This document shows, piece after piece, positions 21,298 through 34,700 of a stretch of DNA of 64,000 bases; positions within the stretch are counted from its first letter, which is position 1; the number at the start of each line of letters is the position of its first letter. The notes under the pieces were generated by a model. That model searched no databases. It saw nothing but the letters and a program-made list of their open reading frames with translations, and was not told where the DNA came from. The stretch is from Takakia lepidozioides (lineage: Eukaryota > Plantae > Bryophyta). The position numbers were made by a program, and so were the translations under genes. The stretch covers positions 62,930,001-62,994,000 of the forward strand of contig CM060733.1 in NCBI GenBank assembly GCA_030704615.1, in the 5' to 3' direction.

Positions 21298-24200
21298 CGA
21301 TGGAGGATGCTTGTGAAAAAGGTGGAGCGGACTTGGTTGGATTTTGTGCACCAAACCAGACTGAAGAAGGAGCAAAGGTACTGGTACTCACCAGACAAGT
21401 TTGATCATAAAATAGTGGAAGCATTTGTAGACCTCCGCGCCCGGAAGCCCAAAAAACTCGAATTGGCAGAAGGACAAGCTCTTCTGTCCCTTCTGTGAAG
21501 AGGTAATCAAGGACAAAATCCAACTAAATCGGCATTGTGTTGACACGGGTTGCAAGGAGACTGTTGCAATGATTCCACGGGATTTCAAGCCTTGGCCGAT
21601 ACTGAAAGAAATGTCGATTGTCAAAGAGGCCACAATGCGCTTGCGCGGATCAGTGCTTGACCCCCACACTTTGGAATTAGACGAAGTGCACGCACGGTAT
21701 GGCGTCCATTGTGGTGGCCCGTCAATGGAGGATTTGCAAGTGCAAGGAACGCTGGACGCTCCCAGAAAACGTAAACTGAGTGATGGGGCCCAAAAAAAGG
21801 AGAGGCAAAAAAAGGAGAAGGCTGCAAGATCTGCTCGCGAGGCAAGGGCAAAATCCACGCAACAGACTGAACCCCGTCCTGGGCGGCAGACCCACACCAT
21901 CAGTACTGATACTGAAAGTGAATGTGCTCAGGGCCTGGAAGGGGTGACAAGTCCAGTGGACATTGACTTGCCTGACCAGACTCGGCAGCAGGCTCACACA
22001 AATATCGCGACCCATGCCATCGGTTTAGGGTCAAAACCAAAAACTCAACAGAGCACTGAAGGGCCAGTCTGCCCTGGCACATTGCGCCTCGTTGACTTTG
22101 GGCTTTTCCCACCTGAGTGCCCACCAATTGGGGATCCAGACTTCTTCCGTTATTTCTACAGAGTTGCTCAGTCAGGTTTGCTACGCACATTAATCCGACA
22201 GGCGGAACAGAACTGGTTGAACAGCTTTGAAGATGAAGATGACGATGATGAAGTAGAGGAGGTAATGGTCAGTCTGACCGCCCAGTCTGACCGCCCAGTT
22301 TGTTCTCTGTGTTGTTTGAGTCCATCATTGGGGTCACGTTGCCTATTCAGTCTGGTCAGTCCCCTGCGTTCTCTCCTCAGTCCGCTGGCTCAGTCCGCTC
22401 GTCAGTTAGTCTGTTTTATATCGTTGCATTACTTACTGAGTCCGTTTGTCAGTCCGCTGGTCCAGTCCACTGGTATAGTCTACTAGTTGCCTCCACCCTA
22501 CGTACGCACGTTACAGTCTGCTCGTCTGTGAGTCCAGTCCGCTGCATGAGGTGAATATAGAGTCCACGTCCATGTTCCTGACGTCGAAGTTCTCTGCCGT
22601 GTACCAGGATGAACGTGTTTCTATTCATAGGGCCATTCAGGCTTGGCGGATACCTAGCAATGATGCTCCTTTACAAGCGACTGCAGTGCGTGCGGAAGTG
22701 GACTGCGTGCGAGATTACATATTATTGAAGTATCCTGGGTCATCTGCTGCTATAGCGGCATTACATATTGAAGACACGTCGGGGGGGAATGCATCTGGGA
22801 CAGCCGAGTCTGCCATCCAGCAGACTCCCATTCAGCAGGCCGTCATCCAGCAGACTCCCGTTCAGCAGCCTGTCATCCAGCAGACTCCAAGATCGCAGAC
22901 TCCCAACGAGCAGCCTGTCATCCTGCAGACTCCTCTCCAGGAGCCCATCATGCAGCCCATGCCAATGGGAAGTCCTGTCATCCAACAGACTGCGGACCAG
23001 CAGACTGCCTTTCTCTCACATAGCACGACGCTTTTTGCAGTTTGGCGATCGCCATCACCGGTAATTCGCCCCGGAACTGAAGACCTCACACTTCCCCGGC
23101 TTAGGGTGGGAGAAATTAATCCCCATTTGGATTGGCATAATGAGCTCCACCGGATCGTTGCGGACCGCCGGTGGTCATTTGTACCATTTCATTATTCCAT
23201 GGAGTTTTCTATTGAGGAAGCCAACCATGTTCTAGAAGCCACCTCTGCTGTTGCCATTGAAGCCACAAGCGACCAAAATGCGCCGCCTCTACTTGTGCAG
23301 CTGATTCTCATGGATGACCCACGGCCTGAAGACCTCAGACATATGCCTATGGCACATCCAATTTTTTGGGGTGCGAAGAAAGCACTTGTACGGATTGACT
23401 GAGGAGGACTTTGAGCGCATGGCAGCTTCCTTCCTACAACACAGATGGATGCAATTTGGCAATTTCCACTCATACAACAAGTTGATGAAGGATCTGCATA
23501 GTTTGAGGATGGACTTACTCCATGGAACAGACCATTCACAGAAGTTTGTGGTGGATGAGGCATTGCACTGGTTTGCATTGGTGATGGAGCGAGCTGTATT
23601 CGACATTGTTTTGCAGAATCCCAATGACTTCAAAGTCCTGTGGTGTGGGATCCCAACTGAAGACCGCATCGGCGCCATTGCTCATCTCGATGGAGCATGC
23701 CTGTGCCGGCAAATCAAGGACATTGGCCTCGTCGGAAATCTCTTGGAAGGTAAAGTGTTATGGGCAACTTTCGTGTTTCAGCTCAATTTCTTTTGCCAAT
23801 TTTTTTACAAGTTCACATTTGCATAAACATGTGTTGCAGGGCGAGTTGATCTAGGAGACAAGCAAGTGCAGGTTGCTTTCGACTCTTTTGCCAGAGGTGC
23901 AAGGGACCTTGTCCTGGCTTTACAAGGAGTTCGGGAGACTGTCCAGCAGACTGGCCTCCAAACCACCATAGATGTACCCAACGACCTAACTTACAGAATT
24001 CAATATGCATCTTGCGGCCGAGTCTGATGAGAGGGCAACACAGGCTGAAATAGGTTGAAGAAGAAGGTGCCCTACCACATTGTCCTTGACATGTCCTGAC
24101 CCATGGAGGATTTGACCGATGACCTCTTGTGTGTGCTGCTTGTGTCTGTAGTCAGGTAATGTCGGATTGGTCTGTCAGATCGAACCACTACGGCGTAGAT

Positions 24201-25948
24201 GAGTAGTCAGAGATTGAAACACGCTTGCTAAGACCAAGCTGACTCTCCCAAGAACGGCGAGCTCACGGTATCCTCACAGGATGTTCGTCCCTCCGTCGGC
24301 AGACTGTCTACTTCTGAGGACATGACATCTTCCGCCCATGCTGCAAACGTGGGATCGACAGCCAAGAAAGGTGTGGGGGTGAGCACGCCCCCCGATGCGC
24401 GGGTCAGTTCTATGCATGCGACCCATGAAGCTGCAAAGACAGGTCCAGCAAGTGTAAACAAACCTGCTGACCAGCCTCTGTTGCGAAGTAGGGCGGCAGC
24501 GCTGCGTTTGTCTGCTCTATCCAGCCCGCCTACAATTGTCCCTGCTTCCCAGGGGAGAGGCGAAGCCAAGAAGCGGACTGTCGTGGACCATGCTGAGGAG
24601 GTCGAGGAGGGTCCGAGTACCAAGAGACCGGCGAAGAAAAAGTCTGGCGTCTTTATGAACAAGAACCGCAAGCTGGCCTTGGACATGGACAAAGATGTGG
24701 GTCGTTTCTTGGAGCAACACAGGTGAGTACTGTGCTCAGTCTCCTTGTCTGTCTTTGTCGTTAAGTGCTTTGCGCTCTGTTGTGGTCAGTCTGCTGCTGG
24801 TTTCATCATTGTCTGTTGTGGTTAGTCTTGTCAGTCTGATGAATTGTTCAGCCTGTAGAGTGTTTGGTACCATGTTGACATCAGTCTATTCAGTACATGA
24901 GGCTTCCCGAAGGATGGTCTGCTCTGTGCAGGATGGGTGCTCGGTTTGGCAAAGCACATGCTCTGCACATGAAGGCAGGTAATTCCATGCTGATGTTTTT
25001 TGAAGGGGACCCACGGTTTGAATGCGGACTGTCGCCGGATGACATAAAGGCGGTCCAGAAGGTTGAGTCGGAGTGCACAGATAGACTCCTGGAGCTGTGG
25101 TGTCGATTCTATGAAAGTCGGTTGAGGCTGCGTTCATCAACACTATTGTTGTTCTTCCAACGTCGACGTGGACGGTGTTGAAGTCATTGGGGGTGGGGCA
25201 ACATGAAAGCCTTCTGGGGGTCTTGAAAGGTTGCCTCAGCACTGAACGACTGGGCAAGGACTTGAAAGAGTGCGATTTCATTTTGGTGCCAATTGGGGAC
25301 AAGTAAGAACTCTTCTGAGTCTGCTGAGACTGTCTCCTGAGTCATAGTCTGGTTTCGCAGTGTCGTCTTGACTCTCAGCGATTAAGTTGACCTCTGTATT
25401 TGTGCAGTGGACTGGGTTTGAAGATTGAGTCTGCTGAGTGTTGAGTCTGCTGAGTGGTCGGTCTGCTGAGTGTCAGTCTGCTGAGTCTGCCCATCATGAT
25501 TGTGCAATGACGCCACCATTGCAGGGGGCACTGGAGTGTTTGTATCATCGACCTCCGCAAGGGCTGTTACACTCACCTGAACTCTATCAGGGACTTGCAT
25601 AAATGTCCATTTGTTCTAGGGTGGATTCGGAAGCTTCATGCGCAGTGCTTAGGGTACTCGATGGACTCACCAGAGTGACAAGAGATTGTCCAAGCATTTC
25701 AGTTCCACGCGCCTGATGTGCCCCAGCAACCATTCAGCTAGGAGTGTGGCTTTTACGTCATGTCATTCATTCAAGTGTTTTATGAGTGGGTAAAAGTCAG
25801 AGCAAATGTCTCCAAGACTGCAAAGCCAGAGAGAGGAACACCTTTCACGAAGGACTGGTTTACTTTCAAGTTTGCACTTGGGCAGCGAATGCAGTGTGCC
25901 CAGTATATCGTGCAGGGGTTGGACAATGTAGAGAAACTGCTCTCATGA
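21298..25948 (+). pseudogene. MULE accessory gene(s), multi-exon, ending in a Ulp1-like (C48) cysteine protease domain
   Basis: Near 25270-25780: CDFILVPI / GHWSVCIIDL..YTHLNS / VPQQPFS*ECGFYVMSFI. Upstream exons include basic, acidic and QQTP-repeat segments. Transcribed convergently with the transposase. Confidence 0.7.
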
Positions 25949-26470
25949 GTATGATGTACTTGTCATGTGAAGTCTATGTACCGAAATAAAAAATGCGAGT
26001 CTTTTCGCGTACTATTCCAGTGGCGATGAGCATTTTTGTGTACTGTGGGTGCTGGCATGTTTTGTAATGTTGTCACTAAACTCAATGGACACAATGGTGT
26101 CAATTTTTCCATGCACTGTGCACACGAGTCTGCTGAGCTTGAATGTGCGAGCAGTACGCTGCCGAGGCTAGGACTGCTGGGTCTGGTACCTAGTCTGGGA
26201 GGCACCATGTCCATGAGTCCGCTGGGACGCTGGATTGGCATAAGTTGCAGGGATGAGGTGGAAGTGTGGTGAGCAGACTTTTGGAGTGGGCAGCAGACTG
26301 ACTAGCAGACTGGCTTACTGGCGCTCGCAGTCTGTTGACTGTGACTCTGTTGGGAGACTGTGCGTGAGTCCGTTGGGAGACTATGTTGGGAGACTGGAGG
26401 AGTCCGTTGGGAGACTGTGCATTAGTCCATTGCGGACTTGTATTTCAGAAAGGGACAATGCTACCAGAAG

Positions 26471-26670
26471 AAATTGCAAACTTATATTGTCTTCTTTGTG
26501 ACACCTACACGATATGTCACCTTGTCTCTTTTCGAGGAATTGCAGACTTATATTGTCTTCTCCGTGACACCTACACGACGTGAAACCTTGTCTGTTTTCG
26601 AGGCATTGCAAACTTATATTGTCTTCTTCGTGACATCTACACGACCTGAAACCTTGCAAATTTTCGAGTA
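26471..26670 (+). repeat. About 60-bp tandem repeat (3 copies) at the transposase 3' end
   Basis: TTGCARACTTATATTGTCTTC..TGTGACAYCTACACGA repeated three times. Confidence 0.9.
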
Positions 26671-29600
26671 TATATGTGCTGCAGGTGCAGGTGCAGACAC
26701 CCTCTTGCTGGTTCTCCGCAAAACCCTAGGCCGGGTTTTCCAGGCCTCCACGAAATCTCGTCTCCTTTTCAGAGACATGTTGTTGTTGTCGTTCAAAGGA
26801 CGGAAAGCCTTTGCTGCCGCAGGGTGCAACATTCCAGCCGCACTTTTCGCCAGGATATCAACGAGCTGCCCTCTGCACATATGAAGAGCAGATCGGGCAT
26901 GTGCCTCCAAGTATTTTTCATCACCTACAATGCGAAGTATGTCCGTGAATTCTTGTTCCAATGAGGCTGAGACCTGCAGAGGTGCCTCGTCGTAGGGGAA
27001 GTCGTCCGGAGGATGTCTTTCCATGAACTGATTGGATTCGTCGATGCCGCCGGCACCATTGCCCAAGAGCAAGTTAGGTAATCCTCCATGAATGGTTCCC
27101 AGCGCCGTGCCACAAGCGCGCACAAGGAGGCCATCCTGCAGGTCAGGGTGAAGCATCTTCAGGACACGGACCTGATGCTTGCATAAGTTTCCCTTCATTG
27201 CCCATGGGCACGTGCAACAACCCCAATCGCAATCAGGATTGTAAACAATGTATGTTGTGCCGGGGTGGTTGCTGCTGAGAACGTAGGCTGGTTCACCAGG
27301 ACCCAAGGGAAGAGTAACACTCTCAGCAGGAATGTCTCGTGCCGCAAGTATAGAACTGGATATGTACTTTTCGTGTTTGTCATTTCTTATGAACCCGTGG
27401 GTCTTCAAATGGATTGCGTACCAGTAGTGTGTTAGCACACGGCCAGTGAGTTCCCATATAAGCCAGTCCACTCTACGACCACTCATCTTGCCTTTCCCCA
27501 TGGCAAGTCTTGCCTTCAGATTTCCATGGTATGCCTCAATGCTTGCGTTTGTGTCTTGGCTCGCATGAGGGACATTGCGGGCTGCTGTACACCACATTGC
27601 TATTTGGGCTTCCAGTACTGTTCGATATAGTCAAGAAATTCATGTCCTTTCGGGTATTTTGACCTCATACGATGGATTCTCCTTGCAACCCACCGAAGCG
27701 CTCTTTTCTCGTTGCGTGGTCCCCCTCTACAGTACATGAGGTCTCCCATATCCTTCAACAAGTTTACAACGGTCACCGGATCCTTTGTTTTCTTGCATGA
27801 TTGCTTCACCCATGCCTTGCGGACATGCCAAAGGCAGAGGAAAATGAGTACTCCTTCAAAAACAATTCTGCACAACACATATGGTACACATTAGAGTCTT
27901 GGGATCGGACTGCAATGGTGGACTGCCGGAGTGGACTGTAACAGCAACCTGTATCAGCGGGCAAAGCCACTGGACTCGCCTAGCTAGGACTGGGGCAGCG
28001 GACTGCCCCAGGGACTGCCGAGTGGACTTGGCAGCGGACGGCCGACCCCAGGGACTGCTGAGTGGACTTGACAACGGACTTGGCAGCGGACTGCCGAGCG
28101 GACTTGCTGGGGACTGCCAGCGGACTTGCCAGGGGACTGATGACCGGACTTGACAGCGGACTACCAATGGATTTGTCCAGCGAACTGCCATCGGGTTTTG
28201 CCACAAGAGTCTGCCAGTGGACTGTAGCAATGGACTTCAACAATGGACCGGTGCTGTGGACCAACAGACTTACCAAATATCGTTGATTTCTGCTTCGGCA
28301 TCGTCCACAATGAAGGCATTGGGTCGCCAGCTCGGCAAATCTGCGAGGAGTGAATCACGCAAGGCTCTCATCCACGGAACCAGGTCTCTTGTCCGATTCC
28401 TCACGGATAGGATATAGGCAACTGGTATACCGTTCAACCACTCGTCAAAGACCATCAACGTGTACAATGGGAACTGTTGGAATGCACAATGTAAGATGGT
28501 CAGAGCATGCAAATTCCGCTCTGTTCTGCACGAGAAGACTTCATAAGAGTGATGAGGTCTGTAGCGGTTCACAATGGGTCGGCCTCTCGGTCTTCCGCAA
28601 CGTACACAACCCTAAACATACAGAAAGGGTCAGCACACCAAATATTATGTGAATGTTGCATGGTACTATGCTATTATGCTCGTACAAATCCATGGAATCG
28701 TTCGAATAGTACCTTGTCATGATTTGTCCCAAAGGTTGCATCACATGCAACGATATGGTCATGTCCTAGTTCCAGCATTCGTCGTTTCTGCCACGGAGTT
28801 TGTATGCCAATAGTGAATGTCAAATCTCCATCAAAATGCTCGAATGTTGGCTCTAATTTCTCCTCTTGGTAGAAAAAAACGGACGCAGGATTCTGGTCTC
28901 TCCACATGCGCACACTCTCTGCATCAACCGCGTGCTTTTTGAAGGTTTGCCACGCACGTTTCTCGGCAAGGTTGCGAACATCTTGCTCCAACAAGAAATC
29001 ATCGCGGGTCCATGCATCGCCCAAGCCGGTGTTGTTTATCACGTGCTCTTTATGCTCCATCATGATTTGGGCGACCGACAGGCCTCGGCACAAACACTCG
29101 ACGACCCAGGCTTTCAATTCCTCGCTAATGTGTGGTGCATAGGTGTGGCGGGTATTCCTGAACTCTGCGGACTTCCCATGCGAGGGTTTCCCTTGCGCAT
29201 CTGTATGATCCATGTTGTTGTAGTACGTGAGGACACAGATGTCAGGGGCGAGATAGCATTGCTGGACCTTGAAACAGCATTGGCAACCACGTTTGTAAGG
29301 CTCTCCATACTCCGACTTCTTTCTCCTTGGGCCTTTATGAGGGCAAGATGTTCCAGCACCCACAAGAGGTCCTCCACGCTTCTGTTTTGGATCCTCCACT
29401 ATTGCCTTGTTGGTGCGCTTGTCATCAGGACTGTAGCAGCATTGATACCTGGACAGAAAATTCTAAAATCAATATCCAATGACTTGAGGAAGCATAAAAT
29501 CAGAGAACTCGTGAAACAAAAAATGGCAACAGACATGCAATGAAACGTCAAAAGGACTGAGGATGGTGCACACATAATACTGGACAGAAATGTGTTGGCT

Positions 29601-29896
29601 CTGGGTGCTTTTCGCGAGCCGGGTTCCACTTTAGAATGGACATTCACCCAAAACTGAGTGGGGTAGTCCTCCAAACTCTCCTCTCCCAGGACAAAGTCAC
29701 CAACTCTATCCCAAGGTATGCAGGCCTTTTCAACATTCACTCGCACACCCATAAACCCATATTGCGTCTCACTCTTCCAATGGAGATCCTTCCTGTCGAA
29801 GGGTCCTGGTTTTGCTGTTTGCAAACATTGTCCAAGAGGCCGTACAAGCGGGCTTTCCGTGATCAGTATATCATCGGGTTTTGCTTCCACGTCCAT
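26614..29896 (-). pseudogene. MULE transposase with C-terminal SWIM zinc finger, spliced, at least one frameshift near 27600
   Basis: KRGCQCCF...H, CDATFGTN, LYTLMVFD..NGIPVAY, AFIVDDAEAE, LCLWHVRKAW, DTNASIEAYH, SWIM CTC......CKH. Introns near 29451-29573, 28480-28715 and 27860-28270. Confidence 0.92.
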
Positions 29897-31794
29897 GCCC
29901 TATACAGTACAAAGGACACGCTTCTGAACATACAAGAAACGCGCCACAGTACAAGACACGATCGACAACGTGCCAGGAGAACAGTGCGCACGTTCGCGGC
30001 TGCTGGCAAGTGGCAGGCGGCAAGGATGCAGGTTTGAATTGCAGCCCTAAAAATGGAGGGCTCGGATGGGTTATGGGAATGGACGGTGGAGATCCTGCGC
30101 CGTCATCAGACTGGATGGCAGGGGACTGGCCAGCGGACTGGCGGGCAGACTGGCGGACTGGCAGACTGCTGGGCAGCGGACTGGCCAGCAGTGGACTGGC
30201 GGACTGGCAGACTGCTGGGCAGCCGACTGGCGAGCAGCGGACTGGCCGACTGGAGGGCAGCGGACTCATGGGCGGGGGACTGGCCGCGCGGCGGACGGGG
30301 GCGCGGGCGCGGTTGCTGCAGCCGCGCCCGTGGCAGGGCGACTGCGCGCAGCGGCGGGTGGGGCGGGCGGGGTGCTGGGGAGCCGGGCGTCCGTGCGCGG
30401 GGCCCACCAGCCACATCGCACGTGCCCATTGAAGACCCTATTATCTTAAGATGAGAGGCCCATAAACCAGTGCGGAAATAACGACGGTGGCACTAAAACT
30501 TACAAGCCGGCATTAGTAAGTGCAAGGCCTAGGAGCAAGTAAATTATTAATAATTCCAGGAAAAAAATCTGCAACCAGCCAAGCTTAAATAGAGGGCTCC
30601 TCGTTGCACTAAGGAGGCTGATCGTGATGAAGAAAGAGGCGATGGAGAAACTGAGAGAAGGACGTAGGGAGAAAGGTTGAGGGAGATCAGAGTACCAGGG
30701 TGAAAGGCCTGGTATCAAAGGCATTACGAGATCGTGGGTCCGTAGGTTCATTGGTGGAGACACGAGACAGAGTGCTCACTTGAAGTTTTAAGCTTACTTT
30801 TAAGTCTTGGAGATGATGGAGACAGAAGGAGAGAACATGGATTAAGGTCGAGAGGATTTAGCAAAGCGATTAGTGAGATGCGTGTACAGTGTACAGACCA
30901 TGTTGATACTTAGCGGCCATGATGGTGAGCCATGTGATATAAATGAGATCGGCAGTATTTACAAACTGGAGTATGTATAGTTGAACCTGATTAAGAAAGT
31001 AGATTGGGAAATATTTGAACTGTAAGATCTGTTGAGGGCACAATCATTGTGGGCAATTATGCCAGGACACCTTGTAAGCGTAATGAGATAGGCACTTAGA
31101 GAGAGAGGATCCATGGGAAAGAAGACCAGAAGAAGGTAGTTCAGTGGGATCACAAGAAGAACTGATCAGGGCAGTCCCTGGAATCACGAGATGGGAATGC
31201 AAGGTAGAAAGAGAGACCTGCGTAGCATGTGCAAAGGATAAAGGTGGATGAAGGCCACTGCCGTAACGGATAGGTGGAATGTGTGTTAAGAAATGAACCG
31301 TGCGCGTGGTGCACCAAAGCAACGAGATGCTGCAGGCAGACGCCCTACGTCGGGTCAAGATATCTTTTCTGAGCATTTGCCATGTTGAAGTGAGGGAAGT
31401 GACGTGATGTCAACGAAACAAACAAGTAGGATAACAGTCCGGTCTAGGCTAGGTGTCATGATGTTTTCCTGCTTCCGCTGCGGCTCATGTAGCATTGAAA
31501 CTGGACTGACGGGTTGTCTGATCAAGAGGGAACGTATAGATTTTCCCTGGGTGGTGAAACAAGGCCCCCATTTTTACATTACACAACCTTTGTAATTGAT
31601 GAAGAAGAGAGCGGATTTGGGAGATTGAGTGCGAGTGGAGGTATCCAATACATGTTTCTGGGAGAGGGGGGATGATGATGATAAGGGAGAAGAGGAGAAT
31701 GTGGCGTAGGGAAAGACTTGAGTTTGAGGAGGGTTTTGGAAAGTGTCGGATAGCAGCTGGACGGGAGTCCAAATGTTGGGATGTGTTGCGTGTG

Positions 31795-34700
31795 TGTCGC
31801 GCACCTCACTTCGGTAAACTCCCCCCTCAAGTCATAGTTACTCGCTTGACGCGCGCGCCTAACTCCCAATCTGGCCGCCGGGCCAACTTGGAGCTTCGGC
31901 TGCTCACCGGGGCATAACGGTCCCCCTTTGATCTCCCAAAGAACCCTCCAACGATTTGGAACCAGCGGAATTCCCTTTGGTGGTTGGCAGTCCGGAACAG
32001 CTCCCCACTCTTTGGTCGCTTTCCGGCTTGCTCGCTTACTCACTAGTTTTTGGTCACCAACGGGCTTGCACCGTTCTCAGGGTTACTACTCCCTATATAT
32101 ACTTCTGTAGCTATCCGCGGGGGTTTCACAAACAACCATGTCATTTTATGGCGAACCACCACAAACACCCTCGACTCCCGGTGATGATTCGCGGTGAGTC
32201 TTGGCCCACCCACCACGGCCCCAATGGACCGTGAAGAGTCCCAAGACTCCCCACGACTCCCACCATGAGGTCTCCGCCCCAGGGTGAGTCCTGTGCCACC
32301 CCCACTAAGTCCCGCTAAGCTACCACCACCCCTTGTGGAGCCACCCCCACCGCAACCCGGTGTGCGGGGCTCCACCTAGTGAGCGCCTCCGCCTCCTTGA
32401 GTGCCTTTGGGCACTTAAGGGTGCTTCAGCCCCCCCATACCTATTGCTGCCACTGCCCCCACCACAGGGGCAGCCCCTCTTGTGTCCCGACCCCCTGCCC
32501 TCAAGGCAAAGGGCCGCAACACACACCCCTACCAACAGGGAGTCGATGTCCTCATCGGCTTGTCCATTTTGTGGAAACGAACATCCAAGTTGTGGCGTCC
32601 CACATCAAGGAGTTTGTTTCCGTACCATGGCATCCCATGGCAAAGAACCAAACCCCACACTTGACTCTACTCTCCACTAGCTAGTTCGGCCGACTTCCTC
32701 CAAGTCCCGGCCAAGGGTGGAGCCTCTCAAGCTCCTCCCAGTGCACTCTTCTTGGCCTACTTCAAGGCCAAGGAACGATCCTCCCCGAGGATCGAATCGC
32801 CTTACTGCAACAACATTGCTTGCGACCGCTCATGATGCCGCTTTTGGCATCACCTTGAGCAAGGGTTCACCTCGAACCCTCTTTGACTAGGAAGATAACC
32901 TTGAACCAACCGCGCACCCCAATCACTACAATTGGGTCCGCCTTGGAATGCTGGCTTGAGGTACGGGAACACGCCGAAGCCGCACTACGACTTCGTCCCG
33001 AGGCTACACGATTATAGTACGTGAACGGAAGCACGTAGCTTCTGCGTTAGCCCGCACTACAAAGCAACCCCCTCGGTAGCGCAGTTATAGTATGCGCACG
33101 CGCCAGGTGCGCACTAGCACGTGAACTCCTAAAGAAGGCGCAAGTTTCCTTGCCCCTTGGATGGGAGTCACCCGATTTCGGCACTGCGCAAACACACGAT
33201 TAACCCAATTTACCTCTCCCACTTTTATAAGCTAGCACGCATTCTATACACTAGCCAACCACACCATGCATCATCATTCCAAACAAAATATGACGCACAA
33301 CATTTGGAACCCATTTCCTTTATAACAAATTTTTGTACCATACAAGTTTTTGCAATCGGATTCCCAAGCTAGCTAAGCCAGGCTAAGCATGCATTTCCTC
33401 CCCCACGCTCCAAGGTTGATGTCCCCATCAACGCTTCTTCCGCTTTTGAGGTCGCCCTTCAAAAATTGCAACCGCCTCGGATGCGTTTCCCATTTCTGAG
33501 GCACGCACCCAAGATGCCTCCACATGACGATAGCCCTTCCATTTGACGAGATACTCCGTTTGTCGGTTCTTGAACCTCCTCGACTTAAGTACTGCCTCCA
33601 CCTCGTACTCAGGTTCATTTTCATGATCCAACAGCACAGGTGGCGGGCGCAACACTTGATGCCGATTCGGACGCGCTTCATCTTTGAAGTATTCAAAAGG
33701 GAGACGTGGAATACTGGATGCACCTTGCTGTTTGCCGGCAGCTCCAATTCATACACATCCTCATTCATAACCTTCCGGATGCAAAAGGGTCCCGCATACG
33801 GAGGTACAAACTTTGGACTCACTTCCGGAGGTAGTCGGAAATTCTTGATGTTCAACCAGACCTCCGTGCCTGCCTCAAACTTCACTTCCCTCCGCTTCCG
33901 ATTCGCCTACCTTTCATACCGTTTCCTAACTTTGGCAATGTTGTACTTTGCGAGCTTCAACAAACGCTCGCGTTCTTCCAGTACCGCCGCTACTGCCGAT
34001 TCCTCAACGTCCTGGGCGGCCCAACTTGTCGGCACCAGAGGTGTTTTTCCATAGACCAATACAAAAGGGGAAACTCCCGTTGCGGAGTGTTCTGTGTTAT
34101 TATAACAGAACTCTGCCGCGTCCTAGTGTTCCACCCAGTCTGTTTGGTCTGCCGACACGTAATTCCGCAAGATCTGCTTGACTATGGAATTCACTCTTTC
34201 CTTTTGGCCGTCGGTCGTAGGTCGGAAGGCGGTGCTCATCTTCAGCCTCGTCCCCATCTTCTTCCAAAGTGCCCTCCAAAATCGTAAACTTTGGATCGCG
34301 GTCCGAGACAATATCCTTTGGGGATTCCATGATGCTTTAAGACGTGGGCGAAGTAAAGTCGCCCTATTTCCTGCGCCGTTGCCATCTCCTTGGTGGGGAT
34401 GAAATGGCCCATTTTACTGAACCTATTCACCACCACCATGATTGCATCGAATCCTTTTGACAGCGGCATAGCAGTCATGAAATCCATCGAGACGCTTTCC
34501 CAAGTCCCCTCTGGAATCGGCAAGGGTTGTAACAGCCCCGCTTGCTTTTTGTACTCGCTCCGGTTTTGTTGGCATGTGGTGCATGTCTTGATATACTCCT
34601 CTGCCTCCTCCCTCAGTTTGGGCCAGAAATACTCTTTCTTCAAGAGTGCCGTAGTGCGTTTGGCTCCGCCGTGGCCCGCAAGCGGGCTATCATGGCATTC

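Larger units (their letters stand above)
18913..30459. mobile_element. Complete Mutator-like element (MULE), 11.5 kb, long TIRs, 9-bp TSD CCATAAACC
   Basis: TIRs about 18913-19287 and 30040-30459 (GCCTCTCAT...ATGAGAGGC). Identical CCATAAACC at 18904-18912 and 30460-30468. Confidence 0.97.
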
